Source of the DNA: a virus
Lineage: Duplodnaviria; Caudoviricetes
Virus record (IMG/VR): IMGVR_UViG_3300020335_000027
Coordinates: 1-25,513 of that record
Length of the DNA: 25,513 bases
Direction: 5' to 3' (one strand)
Positions 1 to 7,938 of the stretch are shown one piece after another. How positions within the stretch are numbered: the first letter of the stretch is position 1; each line of letters starts with the position of its first letter. Below the pieces are notes generated by a model. The model made no database searches. It was given only the letters and a program-made list of their open reading frames with translations, and was not told the origin of the DNA. Position numbers and translations under genes: made by a program.

Positions 1-297
1 CAAACTCTAGCGGGAGCTGGGGTTGCATTGTATAATGCATTAACCGGTACTGCAGTTACAAAAAAACTTATGCCTTCTCAGCAAAGAGTTGCCGATGATT
101 TAAAAGCCGCTTTCACTGCAATGGAAGCTAGCAAGTTTCATAACACACAGGGTGTAGTAATTGGAAACATTGACAATAGCACAACTTCAACCTCCTCAGC
201 AGTAGTTGGCGGACATGCTCCGGCTGGATCTTCTTTTGCCAAAATGGACCCTAGATTTGAAGGATGGGGGCCACCAAATAGGCAACACCTTCGATAG
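1..297 (+). CDS. C-terminal part of a protein truncated by the window edge (possibly a late/virion gene convergent on gp32)
   Basis: Frame 1 is open from base 1 (QTLAGAGVALYNAL...) to TAG at 295-297. The tail is Ser/Thr/Asn-rich (NIDNSTTSTSS) and ends at a convergent terminator. Confidence 0.55.
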   Translation, partial: QTLAGAGVALYNALTGTAVTKKLMPSQQRVADDLKAAFTAMEASKFHNTQGVVIGNIDNSTTSTSSAVVGGHAPAGSSFAKMDPRFEGWGPPNRQHLR

Positions 298-309
298 GCA
301 ACACCTTCG
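278..309 (+). repeat. Perfect 16-bp tandem duplication ATAGGCAACACCTTCG x2
   Basis: Bases 278-293 and 294-309 are identical. Confidence 0.95.
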
Positions 310-320
310 CGTATATTAAT

Positions 321-352
321 AAAAAAAATGCCGGCATAAAGCCGGCATTTCT
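321..352 (-). terminator. Intrinsic terminator after gp32, probably bidirectional
   Basis: 10-bp stem AAATGCCGGC/GCCGGCATTT (326-335/341-350) with a 5-nt loop. The A8 run on + gives the U-tract on -. It sits between convergent genes. Confidence 0.85.
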
Positions 353-369
353 CAGTTATATTTAGCTAT

Positions 370-1269
370 TTAATCATTGACTAAATTAGCAAAATGGGAC
401 ATAATATCATCTTCATCATCCGAACTTGACACCGCACTCATTGCAGGTTCAGGCACTGCTTTAATAGCAGGGGCTGGTCGTTCTTCACCTAGACTACGCT
501 CCTGAGCCATGGTAGGCGCGCCGGCAACTGCTGCCTCACCTAGTACACTCATTAGCTTGGTCTTTAGTTCGGCATAAGACTTAAAGCCATCTTTTGTATA
601 TGCATTTAAATCGTGCATAGAGTTGTAAAGACCTTCAAGTTTTGCATCATCTTCAGAAAGTACTTCTTGAGAAGCAAATTCTGATTTATCGTAGTTGCGA
701 TAACCTTCAACATCCCGAATTTTTAGTTTGAAGTTAGCACCAGTCCAAAAATCAAATGGATTGATTGGTTCTTCATCTGCAAATTCTGGCTGCATAGCAT
801 CCATTAATTTGTCAAAGATTTTCTTACCGTATTGATAGAGAAATACCTTACCTTCATTGGCAGGATTACCTGGATCAGATACAACTAGGATATTTGACAC
901 ATGATGTAGACGACGTTTTTGTCGGCGAGCTGTTTCTTTATCAGCTTCCAATCCAGTATTCCATAGCTTACTATTAAGCTCTCCAACTGGATCATCTTGA
1001 CCAATAGATGTAAGCGATTTTTCAATATACCATTTACCGGTAGGACCTTTAAAACCATGATCCCAATAACGAACCCATGGAAGTTCGGCACCTTCGGTAG
1101 CTGGAAGAAAGCGAATAACGGCATAACCGTTATTCTGTTTATCAACAGTAGGCTTCCACATACGATCATCTGTATATTTATTTGAAGAAGCCCCTCCACC
1201 AACAGCTTCGGCTGCTGCGACGAGTTTACTGATTTGACCGCGGTCACGTTTAAGATTTGCAAAAGACAT
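370..1269 (-). CDS. gp32: T4-like single-stranded DNA-binding protein gp32
   Basis: Motifs DDRMWKPTVDK..NGYAVIRFLP, YWDHGFKGPTGKWYIEKSLTSIGQDDPV, GKVFLYQYGKKIFDK, NPFDFWTGANFKLKIR..EGYRNYDKSEF, and an acidic C-terminal tail. Confidence 0.97.
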   Translation of the reverse strand: MSFANLKRDRGQISKLVAAAEAVGGGASSNKYTDDRMWKPTVDKQNNGYAVIRFLPATEGAELPWVRYWDHGFKGPTGKWYIEKSLTSIGQDDPVGELNSKLWNTGLEADKETARRQKRRLHHVSNILVVSDPGNPANEGKVFLYQYGKKIFDKLMDAMQPEFADEEPINPFDFWTGANFKLKIRDVEGYRNYDKSEFASQEVLSEDDAKLEGLYNSMHDLNAYTKDGFKSYAELKTKLMSVLGEAAVAGAPTMAQERSLGEERPAPAIKAVPEPAMSAVSSSDDEDDIMSHFANLVND

Positions 1270-1315
1270 ATTATATTCCTTATATTTGCTGAAGTATTTT
1301 TTATATTACTGAATT

Positions 1316-1344
1316 ATTATACAATGTATTGTACGCTTTGTACA
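1316..1344 (-). promoter_or_regulatory. Sigma70-like promoter for gp32
   Basis: Minus strand TGTACA-N17-TATAAT, about 45 nt upstream of the gp32 ATG. Confidence 0.75.
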
Positions 1345-1357
1345 TCACTATATATCA

Positions 1358-1552
1358 TTATTTCCTGATAAACATAACTGTTTCTTTACCAGTGTCTGGA
1401 TTAACTGATGGGATTGCGACATGACCTTCAGGAACTGGTTGAGTTCCAGTATATTGCCATGTACGGCCAGCTTCTTTATTTGCCGGTCCGGCATTAAAAA
1501 ACTCTTCATTGTCATTTAAAAAGAGCATTGTGATCATAATTAGTTCAAACAT
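1358..1552 (-). CDS. Hypothetical protein (64 aa, hydrophobic N-terminus)
   Basis: ATG with AAAGGA RBS, in the same operon direction. Confidence 0.7.
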   Translation of the reverse strand: MFELIMITMLFLNDNEEFFNAGPANKEAGRTWQYTGTQPVPEGHVAIPSVNPDTGKETVMFIRK

Positions 1553-1679
1553 TTTGGTTCCTTTGTTTTGTGTGTTTATATAGTTGATAGTAATAGTCGA
1601 AAGTTGCCGGATAGTTGTCTGGGTCTGGTAACACTCCTTTAAACATTTTAATAAATTCTTGTATTTCGTTATCTGTCAT
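1545..1679 (-). CDS. Small hypothetical protein (44 aa, MTDNEIQEFIKMFKGVLPDPDNYPATFDYYYQLYKH...)
   Basis: Read by hand, below the ORF-track cutoff. It fills the gap and overlaps both neighbours by a few bases. Confidence 0.7.
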   Translation of the reverse strand: MTDNEIQEFIKMFKGVLPDPDNYPATFDYYYQLYKHTKQRNQNV

Positions 1680-1845
1680 TTTCCATACTCTGTCTTTTAT
1701 CGCAGTACATTACCCACATATACCAAGAAGCGTACAGAGGTATGATAGCGTTAAAATTAATTATTGGAGGTAATATCATTATTGCGGCTGGAAACATGAA
1801 CACTGTCATGATAGCCACTGCTACATAATCGTACCAACGTATCAT
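1669..1845 (-). CDS. Small membrane protein (58 aa, MIRWYDYVAVAIMTVFMFPAA...)
   Basis: Read by hand. ATGA overlap with the gp33 stop, and two hydrophobic segments. Confidence 0.7.
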   Translation of the reverse strand: MIRWYDYVAVAIMTVFMFPAAIMILPPIINFNAIIPLYASWYMWVMYCDKRQSMENDR

Positions 1846-2075
1846 TCAAATAGCAATTCATTTTGCTTTGGTAAAAAATTAAGACTCATCGCTTCAGCCT
1901 CGATTTTTTCTTTAATTACTTTTGAGATAAACTTTTTAACATCTTGTGGATCGATATTTGTCATATCACACGTTTCAATTACTGCATCCATATACGATAG
2001 CTTCTTATCAATTACCTGTGATTCAATAATTTTACTAAATTTTGCACGATTCATAAATTGTATTTCTTCGCTCAT
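1842..2075 (-). CDS. gp33: Late promoter transcription co-activator gp33
   Basis: Pattern FSKIIE...LSYMDAVIETC....IDP..VKKFISKVIKEKIEAEAMSLNFLPK, located just upstream of gp32. Confidence 0.9.
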   Translation of the reverse strand: MSEEIQFMNRAKFSKIIESQVIDKKLSYMDAVIETCDMTNIDPQDVKKFISKVIKEKIEAEAMSLNFLPKQNELLFE

Positions 2076-2086
2076 TTTATTCCTTT

Positions 2087-3220
2087 CTACTTTGCCAAAG
2101 CTCTTAATATGATAACATCTTTATTAATACGACCATTAACATTTTTTGATATTTTAGTCGTAAGCTTTGACCATTCTTTATTGATCTGTGTTGATGATTT
2201 ACTCAAGATTGCTGGAATAAATTCATCAGGCTTACGGAGACGTGTACTACGACATAAGTCAGCATCTAGACCAAGGATAGTCGTACCTTTGACTTCAAAG
2301 CCGATTGCCTTTTGGCACACGTATTCAGTTAATTCTCTATACTTTGTATTAAAAGTGTAAAGCCGCATTGCACCAATAATTGAAGTAGGTGTAATAGACG
2401 TTAGCTTATATTCTTTTGACTCTTTTGCGTAGTTAAGTTTTTCAACTTGTTTGTCTGCGGTTTTAACTTTAGGCTTACGAGTAGCGCGTAAAGCTTTTTT
2501 CGAAGCCATATACTTTTCGATTTCAGCACATAATTCGGTAAGAAATTTTAAATACTTTTTACGACGTGATGTTGACCAGCTTGAATATGCCTCAAGAAGA
2601 TCTTCAGGCTTATCATTGACAAGCTCATTGATTTCATTCACCTGAGGTGTATAATATGCGAAAGCAGTCTTAGCCATATTATATGGAGCGTCGATTTTCT
2701 TTAATTCATCATAGACTGAATAGTCGCCAGCAGTTTCCCAATTATCTACTATATTATCAATACCGCCAATAAATTCGGATGTGCGCTCTTGAATAATTTC
2801 TTGAATTGTTTTCTTTACTAGACCAGCTTCTTCTGGCTTATTAGCCTTTTCAGCTTGTTTAGCTCTACCGCGTGCTAGTAATTCCTTCACATGCTTTTTC
2901 AGAACCTTATCAGCATCCCACCATGCTGGGAATTCTTTATCCATTTCTTTCCATACAATAGTAGATGCCAATAAAGGTAGACCCGCAAAGGACCACTCAG
3001 GCGCGTCCATAGCAATTCTGGCATCAGCTTTAGGAACAGATTTTCTGATATAAGACTTAATCTTGCTTATAACATCTTTCTTATCAACTTCTGTCCGGAC
3101 GTAATCATTAAAATCACGAAAGTTATCTTGAGGTGCTGCCGCAAAACCAGTCTGTGCACGTCGAGAAAATGTTGGCTTAACTTTAACTTTTCTTGCTGTC
3201 TTACGCGCTACCATTATCAT
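2087..3220 (-). CDS. Conserved T4-like phage hypothetical protein (377 aa)
   Basis: Long ORF with a basic N-terminus. The C-terminal LRKPDEF...NGRINKDVIILR motif is typical of T4-like phage proteins near gp33. Confidence 0.8.
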   Translation of the reverse strand: MIMVARKTARKVKVKPTFSRRAQTGFAAAPQDNFRDFNDYVRTEVDKKDVISKIKSYIRKSVPKADARIAMDAPEWSFAGLPLLASTIVWKEMDKEFPAWWDADKVLKKHVKELLARGRAKQAEKANKPEEAGLVKKTIQEIIQERTSEFIGGIDNIVDNWETAGDYSVYDELKKIDAPYNMAKTAFAYYTPQVNEINELVNDKPEDLLEAYSSWSTSRRKKYLKFLTELCAEIEKYMASKKALRATRKPKVKTADKQVEKLNYAKESKEYKLTSITPTSIIGAMRLYTFNTKYRELTEYVCQKAIGFEVKGTTILGLDADLCRSTRLRKPDEFIPAILSKSSTQINKEWSKLTTKISKNVNGRINKDVIILRALAK

Positions 3221-3434
3221 AATCCTTTATCTTAATCAAGTCGTAATCGCCATCATCCATTTCTTCATAATGAATATAGCCTTCATGACATAATTTTGTA
3301 ATTACGAGATCCACAATACCTTCAACTTCGGCTTCCTTAGCATTACGCTGGCCGAGTACATAAGAAACAAAAATAAGACCAGCGATGCATACACCGAAAG
3401 TAATATTAGAGTTAATTGATAAGAATTCGTTCAT
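3201..3434 (-). CDS. Hypothetical membrane protein
   Basis: Start moved to ATG 3434 (AAGGAG RBS, downstream of the promoter). One transmembrane segment. Confidence 0.7.
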   Translation of the reverse strand: MNEFLSINSNITFGVCIAGLIFVSYVLGQRNAKEAEVEGIVDLVITKLCHEGYIHYEEMDDGDYDLIKIKDYDNGSA

Positions 3435-3457
3435 TGATATCTCCTTAGCATAAGATA

Positions 3458-3498
3458 ATACTATCACAGTTTAAAAGCAATGTACACCTTTAAATGCG
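3458..3498 (-). promoter_or_regulatory. Repeated early promoter, copy 1
   Basis: CGCATTT-N5-TGTACA-N17-TAGTAT. Confidence 0.8.
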
Positions 3499-3504
3499 TT
3501 TTGT

Positions 3505-3732
3505 TTAATTTTTTCCGTTAGTAACGTATGAACCTTCAGCCATATCATAGGCCGCTATCAATTCTTTTAACATGTAAGGTGATATCACAACAATATTAAA
3601 ATCATCGTCATCACTGTATTGACGAATATAGCAAAGTTCCTCATCAACTATAATTTCTACATCATCAGTCTTTCCTTGATTATCGAGGATGGTGATGATA
3701 CTGTGATCAAATTCATGTTCAACTGTAATCAT
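3505..3732 (-). CDS. Hypothetical acidic protein (75 aa)
   Basis: ORF coupled to the upstream ORF through an ATGA overlap. Confidence 0.7.
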   Translation of the reverse strand: MITVEHEFDHSIITILDNQGKTDDVEIIVDEELCYIRQYSDDDDFNIVVISPYMLKELIAAYDMAEGSYVTNGKN

Positions 3733-3848
3733 ATTTTTTTAATTAAACCCTTTAATCTTGATATTTCAGCATTTGTAAGCGTACGAACCGAAGCATTTAT
3801 TAATCTTTCAACTGTCTGAATAATAAAGTCTCTATCGTTCTGATTCAT
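3729..3848 (-). CDS. Small hypothetical protein (39 aa, MNQNDRDFIIQTVERLINAS...)
   Basis: Read by hand. ATGA overlaps at both ends. Confidence 0.65.
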   Translation of the reverse strand: MNQNDRDFIIQTVERLINASVRTLTNAEISRLKGLIKKI

Positions 3849-4132
3849 TTCTTAACGGTCTTTCTTAAGTTCTCCAGCGCATCAAGAACGATGTTTGGAT
3901 ATTTTCCAATATAACTACCAGCTTCTAACATGTCTTTACTCAATAGATATTTATGATAGTGTTCAATACTATCCCACTGTTTTAGAATTTTCTTTGCTAA
4001 TTTATCGTAAAAATCATCAGACAATATAGGATCGTCTTTCTCATAATAAGCATACGATGCCATAAGATAATATGGCACCGTCATATTCACATTATCACTG
4101 ATCACTTTAATAACATGTTTATCTAAAATCAT
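3845..4132 (-). CDS. Stand-alone NAD-dependent DNA ligase domain Ia-like protein
   Basis: YAYYEKDDPILSDDFYDKL matches the LigA Ia motif YY..D.P.ISDAEYD.L. No adenylation domain follows. Confidence 0.75.
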   Translation of the reverse strand: MILDKHVIKVISDNVNMTVPYYLMASYAYYEKDDPILSDDFYDKLAKKILKQWDSIEHYHKYLLSKDMLEAGSYIGKYPNIVLDALENLRKTVKK

Positions 4133-4461
4133 CGGCGCATATTAGCTGCATCGATGATACCTTGCTTGTTATCTTTACGAATTGGCATAAGATTACTTTT
4201 ATGCGTAACAACAATACCAGCGATCTCATTACCAGTGTATTTATTCGTTTCTTTGAGCACACCATTGTCGATAGTATTTGACAGCTGATCTCTTGAAACT
4301 TTAAACTTTGGACGCTCGTGACGATAATCTTGCTTAGTACCTTTCACACCCATACGATCAAGAAAAGCCTGATGTTCAGCTTCTCTTGCTTTCCAACCAG
4401 GCTTCTTTTTAATTTTAGATTTGCCGTGTACTTGTACACCTTGAATCATATGCATAGACAT
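4129..4461 (-). CDS. Conserved phage hypothetical protein (basic, YTG..I.GI...HKSNLMPI motif)
   Basis: AAGGA RBS; first gene after a promoter copy. Confidence 0.75.
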   Translation of the reverse strand: MSMHMIQGVQVHGKSKIKKKPGWKAREAEHQAFLDRMGVKGTKQDYRHERPKFKVSRDQLSNTIDNGVLKETNKYTGNEIAGIVVTHKSNLMPIRKDNKQGIIDAANMRR

Positions 4462-4486
4462 TATATATTCCTTTTTTGTTAATACG

Positions 4487-4527
4487 ATTCTACCATAGTT
4501 TTAAAGCGATGTACATAGTTAAATGCG
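4487..4527 (-). promoter_or_regulatory. Repeated early promoter, copy 2
   Basis: CGCATTT-N5-TGTACA-N17-TAGAAT. Confidence 0.8.
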
Positions 4528-4528
4528 G

Positions 4529-4813
4529 CTATACAGAATAAACTTTTTGGCGATAAACATATTTACATTCCTGCACGCCATCAACACGAAAAGACCGCCA
4601 GCCTTCTGCCTTTGTATCCCAGCAAGGAATGACTTCAGGATTTACGGCACGAACTTTCCTTTGAGTAATAGGCTCATCTTTTTCAGCCGATGGAATCATA
4701 CCTTCTAGCAAAGTACAAGTCATAACTCGCTTATCGCCATTTACTTTTGTAAAGGTCACTTCACATACGCCTGATGTAAGCATATTCATATAGTTATCAC
4801 GATCTTCAGTCAT
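4529..4813 (-). CDS. WYL_2/Sm-like SH3 beta-barrel protein (DUF2693-like)
   Basis: Motif VTFTKVNGDKRVMTCTL...WDTKAEGWRSFRVD. Start moved to ATG 4813. Confidence 0.75.
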   Translation of the reverse strand: MTEDRDNYMNMLTSGVCEVTFTKVNGDKRVMTCTLLEGMIPSAEKDEPITQRKVRAVNPEVIPCWDTKAEGWRSFRVDGVQECKYVYRQKVYSV

Positions 4814-5180
4814 TGATATTACCCTTTCCGGTAAATGCATCATTTTCTAAATGATACTTGTTAATAAGTTTTCTTAAGAATTTATTAGTATCGCTTGCTT
4901 CATCTCTTTGCCGTTCGATACGACTCATAGATCTCCACATATGATCTTGTATTTCCTTTTCTTTTTGCAAAGCATTTTCAAGCTCAATAATATATTCAGC
5001 TGCTTTCCAAGCATAATGCTCAGTACATCTGGACTTCCATTCTTCACCTGCTTGATTTTTAAGTGATTGAACAACTTCAGATTGCTGTGGGCGAGGCTTA
5101 ATATCTAAATAAACCTTGTCCACAACATCATGTTCATTTTCCTCCTTTTCGAACCCGTGAGTTTGAATTTCTGATACCAC
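4806..5180 (-). CDS. Hypothetical protein (124 aa, coiled-coil C-terminal half)
   Basis: GTG start with a strong AAGGAGG RBS. Confidence 0.7.
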   Translation of the reverse strand: MVSEIQTHGFEKEENEHDVVDKVYLDIKPRPQQSEVVQSLKNQAGEEWKSRCTEHYAWKAAEYIIELENALQKEKEIQDHMWRSMSRIERQRDEASDTNKFLRKLINKYHLENDAFTGKGNIND

Positions 5181-5211
5181 TATTGCCCTCCTTTAAAATG
5201 CCAGCTGAATA

Positions 5212-5760
5212 TCAGCTGGACCATTGACGATCCAAAAGTATCTTACGATATCGTTCAGCTTCTGTATAGTATTCGTCGTCTTGCATACCCATAGCTTCAA
5301 GCAATTCATCAGTTTCTTGCTTGAATATTTTATAGAACTTTGGATCATGCTTTTTGATACTTTCGCAGTTGTGCTCGATATCAAATTTCTTGATCAATTT
5401 TACCCACTCTGGCGCATTTGCCAAACGATCACGATCAAGCTTTTTACGGAGTTTACGATTGCCAACAAACGATTCAGTGTCAGTCAGAAACCATACACCC
5501 ATTGCAATCTCGTCTGAAAACCGCTCTCTGATGTCCATATGATCAAATGATGTATCTTCAACAACATCATGCAGCATAGCCACAGACATCGCCACAGTGG
5601 TTGAGACATCAACCACGTGCGTGTCCAGGTACTCTTCGATCATATCAGAAACCGCTACACAATGCGAAAAATATTTCTCATCTGTATACTTACGTTTTTG
5701 ATTAGCGTGAGCACGTTCTGCAAATGAAAATGCTTTTGCGAATGTTTTGCAATCTTCCAT
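5212..5760 (-). CDS. HD-domain protein, RelA/SpoT hydrolase-like (small alarmone hydrolase/Mesh1-like)
   Basis: FAERAHANQKRKYTDEKYFSH...VAMLHDVVEDT...V.FLTD...LIKKFDIEHN matches the SpoT hydrolase domain motifs. Confidence 0.85.
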   Translation of the reverse strand: MEDCKTFAKAFSFAERAHANQKRKYTDEKYFSHCVAVSDMIEEYLDTHVVDVSTTVAMSVAMLHDVVEDTSFDHMDIRERFSDEIAMGVWFLTDTESFVGNRKLRKKLDRDRLANAPEWVKLIKKFDIEHNCESIKKHDPKFYKIFKQETDELLEAMGMQDDEYYTEAERYRKILLDRQWSS

Positions 5761-5906
5761 TACATATCCTTACGTATAAACATATCCCAAAACATCCACA
5801 CTAAAGCGGCGGCTTGCATCAGCATAATTCCTACAAGTACACTTACAAGTAAACTAAAAGAAATTATTTGTAGTAATTCTAACAATTTATTTGTTATGTA
5901 TTCCAT
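5760..5906 (-). CDS. Small membrane protein (48 aa)
   Basis: Read by hand (MEYITNKLLELLQIISFSLLVSVLVG...). TAATG coupling at both ends. Confidence 0.6.
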   Translation of the reverse strand: MEYITNKLLELLQIISFSLLVSVLVGIMLMQAAALVWMFWDMFIRKDM

Positions 5907-5992
5907 TACCGGTTTCCTACATCTACGCACATTACTATTACAGCAATTACTACAGGGACTGTAACCATTAAGATAATAAGCTCATTAGTCAT
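5906..5992 (-). CDS. Small membrane peptide (28 aa)
   Basis: Read by hand (MTNELIILMVTVPVVIAVIVMCVDVGNR). Coupled to its neighbours. Confidence 0.5.
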   Translation of the reverse strand: MTNELIILMVTVPVVIAVIVMCVDVGNR

Positions 5993-6164
5993 TTTCATAA
6001 TCCTCATCATCTTCGATGAACAGTTGACCTGTATTGTTTGCTACGAACAACCAACCCAATACACCGAAGCAAATTAAGTATCCTGAAAGCGAGTCTAGTA
6101 CTATAAGACAAATACCAAGCCCACCGAAAAATAGAGTGAATGCGATCCATAATGGATTAATCAT
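5985..6164 (-). CDS. Small two-TM membrane protein (59 aa)
   Basis: Read by hand (MINPLWIAFTLFFGGLGICL...EDDEDYEND). TAATG coupling with the upstream ORF. Confidence 0.65.
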   Translation of the reverse strand: MINPLWIAFTLFFGGLGICLIVLDSLSGYLICFGVLGWLFVANNTGQLFIEDDEDYEND

Positions 6165-6454
6165 TAGTAGTTACCCCAATCTGTGTCATGACGAGTTGTC
6201 TCGTGAAGAGTTTCGCCATAATATGTTTTAGCATACTTAGATGCGTCAGTATAGTGATTGATATTTTCCTGACCGCCAGTGAAATCTGAAAGCTTTTTAT
6301 CTTCAGCTGTACGCTTTTTACGAGCTACGACCTGAACCTTTGCAGTGTTTTTGCGAATGACTGAAAGCCGATTTTTACGAGCATTTTCATTCTTACGCTT
6401 TTCAGCAATCGCGGCGATCATTGCAAGACGGTCTGCCATATTTGTTGCAATCAT
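6164..6454 (-). CDS. Hypothetical basic early protein
   Basis: Start moved to ATG 6454 (GGAGA RBS, downstream of promoter copy 3). Confidence 0.75.
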   Translation of the reverse strand: MIATNMADRLAMIAAIAEKRKNENARKNRLSVIRKNTAKVQVVARKKRTAEDKKLSDFTGGQENINHYTDASKYAKTYYGETLHETTRHDTDWGNY

Positions 6455-6479
6455 GATATTCTCCATTTGATTTAAGGTC

Positions 6480-6520
6480 ATACTACCACAGTTTTAAAGG
6501 GATGTACACAGTTAAATGCG
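6480..6520 (-). promoter_or_regulatory. Repeated early promoter, copy 3
   Basis: CGCATTT-N5-TGTACA-N17-TAGTAT. Confidence 0.8.
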
Positions 6521-6907
6521 GTTCCATGAATAAAAAAGCTCTTTTTCTTTCTTAAATGCATCTATTTCCCATGGACGATCATTGTAATCGAGATGTCCGA
6601 ATGACTCTCCATTCCAAGTTTTTTCAAAGTCATCAAAGACTCCGTGAAGAACTTGCTGTACGTGTACCAGCTCGTGAAATATTGTAGTAACAATCTCATC
6701 GATAGTATTTTTTGTGTTGACTTCAATACCAGCAGTAGAGTCATCATCAAATCCATCGAAGTAGCCACAAGCATCATTCTGTGCTTTAAAACGAATTACT
6801 AGTTCATCAAGATCTGAAAGATCGAGAACCTCGTTCGCATGATTAACAATTGAGTCAATCATTTCTGGTTTAATCTTTTTTGGAAGATTGATTGTATCAA
6901 GAATCAT
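6512..6907 (-). CDS. Putative zinc metallopeptidase (HExxH)
   Basis: Motif TIFHELVHVQQ...Y.DRPWEIDAF. Start ATG 6907 with GAGG RBS. Confidence 0.8.
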   Translation of the reverse strand: MILDTINLPKKIKPEMIDSIVNHANEVLDLSDLDELVIRFKAQNDACGYFDGFDDDSTAGIEVNTKNTIDEIVTTIFHELVHVQQVLHGVFDDFEKTWNGESFGHLDYNDRPWEIDAFKKEKELFYSWNRI

Positions 6908-6911
6908 ATTA

Positions 6912-7112
6912 TTATACCTCGATAAGGTCAAAAGGATCGTAAGGATCGTCGTATAGTTGTTCCCAGCATTCTTGAAGGGCATCCTCATTGTTTGAAGAAA
7001 AAGTAACAGTGTTATCAGGATTGATTGTGTAGTTAACTTCTAATCCATCAGTGAAGATAGGAAGAAGTGAAAATTGAAAGGTTGGGTTAGGTTGAAAAGT
7101 AAAAGATTTCAT
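6912..7112 (-). CDS. Hypothetical early protein (66 aa)
   Basis: AAAGGA RBS before the ATG. Confidence 0.65.
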   Translation of the reverse strand: MKSFTFQPNPTFQFSLLPIFTDGLEVNYTINPDNTVTFSSNNEDALQECWEQLYDDPYDPFDLIEV

Positions 7113-7158
7113 TTGGTTTCCTTTTTGGTTGTTTTGTTTTGATATTGATTGGATATTT

Positions 7159-7371
7159 TTAATTAAATTCGTGTGGAGTATTTTTGAATGTTTTAATAAG
7201 TTGATTTAAAGTTAAAAGAAAGAATGTAGAAGTTATTTGATTATGTGATGGAAAAATCATATATTGTGTGTTTTTTGGAAGATTTAGTGATTTGATATGA
7301 GAGATGATTTGAGGAATGGTATCGAAGTCGGAAAGTGAAGTTTGGTTTTGATTTAAAAGTGCGTATGTCAT
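7159..7371 (-). CDS. Hypothetical early protein with a nearly G-free coding sequence
   Basis: ATG 7371 with GGAGA RBS, directly after promoter copy 4. Confidence 0.6.
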   Translation of the reverse strand: MTYALLNQNQTSLSDFDTIPQIISHIKSLNLPKNTQYMIFPSHNQITSTFFLLTLNQLIKTFKNTPHEFN

Positions 7372-7394
7372 GTTTATCTCCATTTGATAATACC

Positions 7395-7476
7395 TTTGTA
7401 CAATACTTTTAATAGAATGTACAACAAAAAATGCGCCGAAAAGCGCATTAATTTAGAGTGTGACATAAATGTTACA
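7395..7476 (-). promoter_or_regulatory. Early promoter copy 4, with upstream hairpin and 18-bp operator
   Basis: TGTACA-N17-TACAAA. Hairpin AATGCGC/GCGCATT at 7430-7449. Palindrome TGTGACATAAATGTTACA at 7459-7476. Confidence 0.75.
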
Positions 7477-7482
7477 GCAGCA

Positions 7483-7689
7483 TTACCACTCTTTGTGACA
7501 ACCATCGGATTCATTTTCATCAAATCCAGCCCAATAGTCGTTTACTTCTTCTTTTGTCATTCGATCTTCAGTGATATGAATACCCTGATAAGATCCACCA
7601 GTCCAATAGTGCGGTTCTGGATAACGACGGTACCAGCTATCTGCTGATCCTCTATCATATGGCCCACCATGACGTTTATTGTATGCCAT
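7483..7689 (-). CDS. Conserved phage hypothetical protein (HGGPYDRGSADSWY motif)
   Basis: AGGAG RBS; the motif is common in environmental phages. Confidence 0.75.
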   Translation of the reverse strand: MAYNKRHGGPYDRGSADSWYRRYPEPHYWTGGSYQGIHITEDRMTKEEVNDYWAGFDENESDGCHKEW

Positions 7690-7728
7690 TATATTTCTCC
7701 TATGTTAACGTTGCAATAAGAAGACATG

Positions 7729-7938
7729 CTAGGAAGATGCCTTCGAGAATTGGTTGCTCGAACATTTTTGTACCTCAATTTGTTTCATTGTGTATTCCAT
7801 GTAGGTTGATCCTACTTTGTTCTTTACTTCTTTAATAATCAATTTGTCATCAATGTTGTCAGCCAACCGTTTTGATACCAGCTTAGAAATAAATTCTAAA
7901 TCGTGATAATCATATAAGGCTGGCTGACATATTTTCAT
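7729..7938 (-). CDS. Hypothetical protein (69 aa)
   Basis: ATGA overlap with the upstream ORF. Confidence 0.6.
   Translation of the reverse strand: MKICQPALYDYHDLEFISKLVSKRLADNIDDKLIIKEVKNKVGSTYMEYTMKQIEVQKCSSNQFSKASS

Noticed and set aside
885-1262. Alternative-frame and antisense ORFs within gp32 (885-1262, 997-1185) and similar nested ORFs elsewhere (2058-2360, 2451-2645, 5193-5542, 6562-6777, 17462-18139, 23174-23359, 25070-25294)
   Set aside because: They overlap better-supported genes and show no motifs or RBS.
7459-7476. CRP or NtcA box assignment for the 18-bp operator
   Set aside because: The half-site spacing does not fit TGTGA-N6-TCACA or GTA-N8-TAC, so the regulator is left unassigned.
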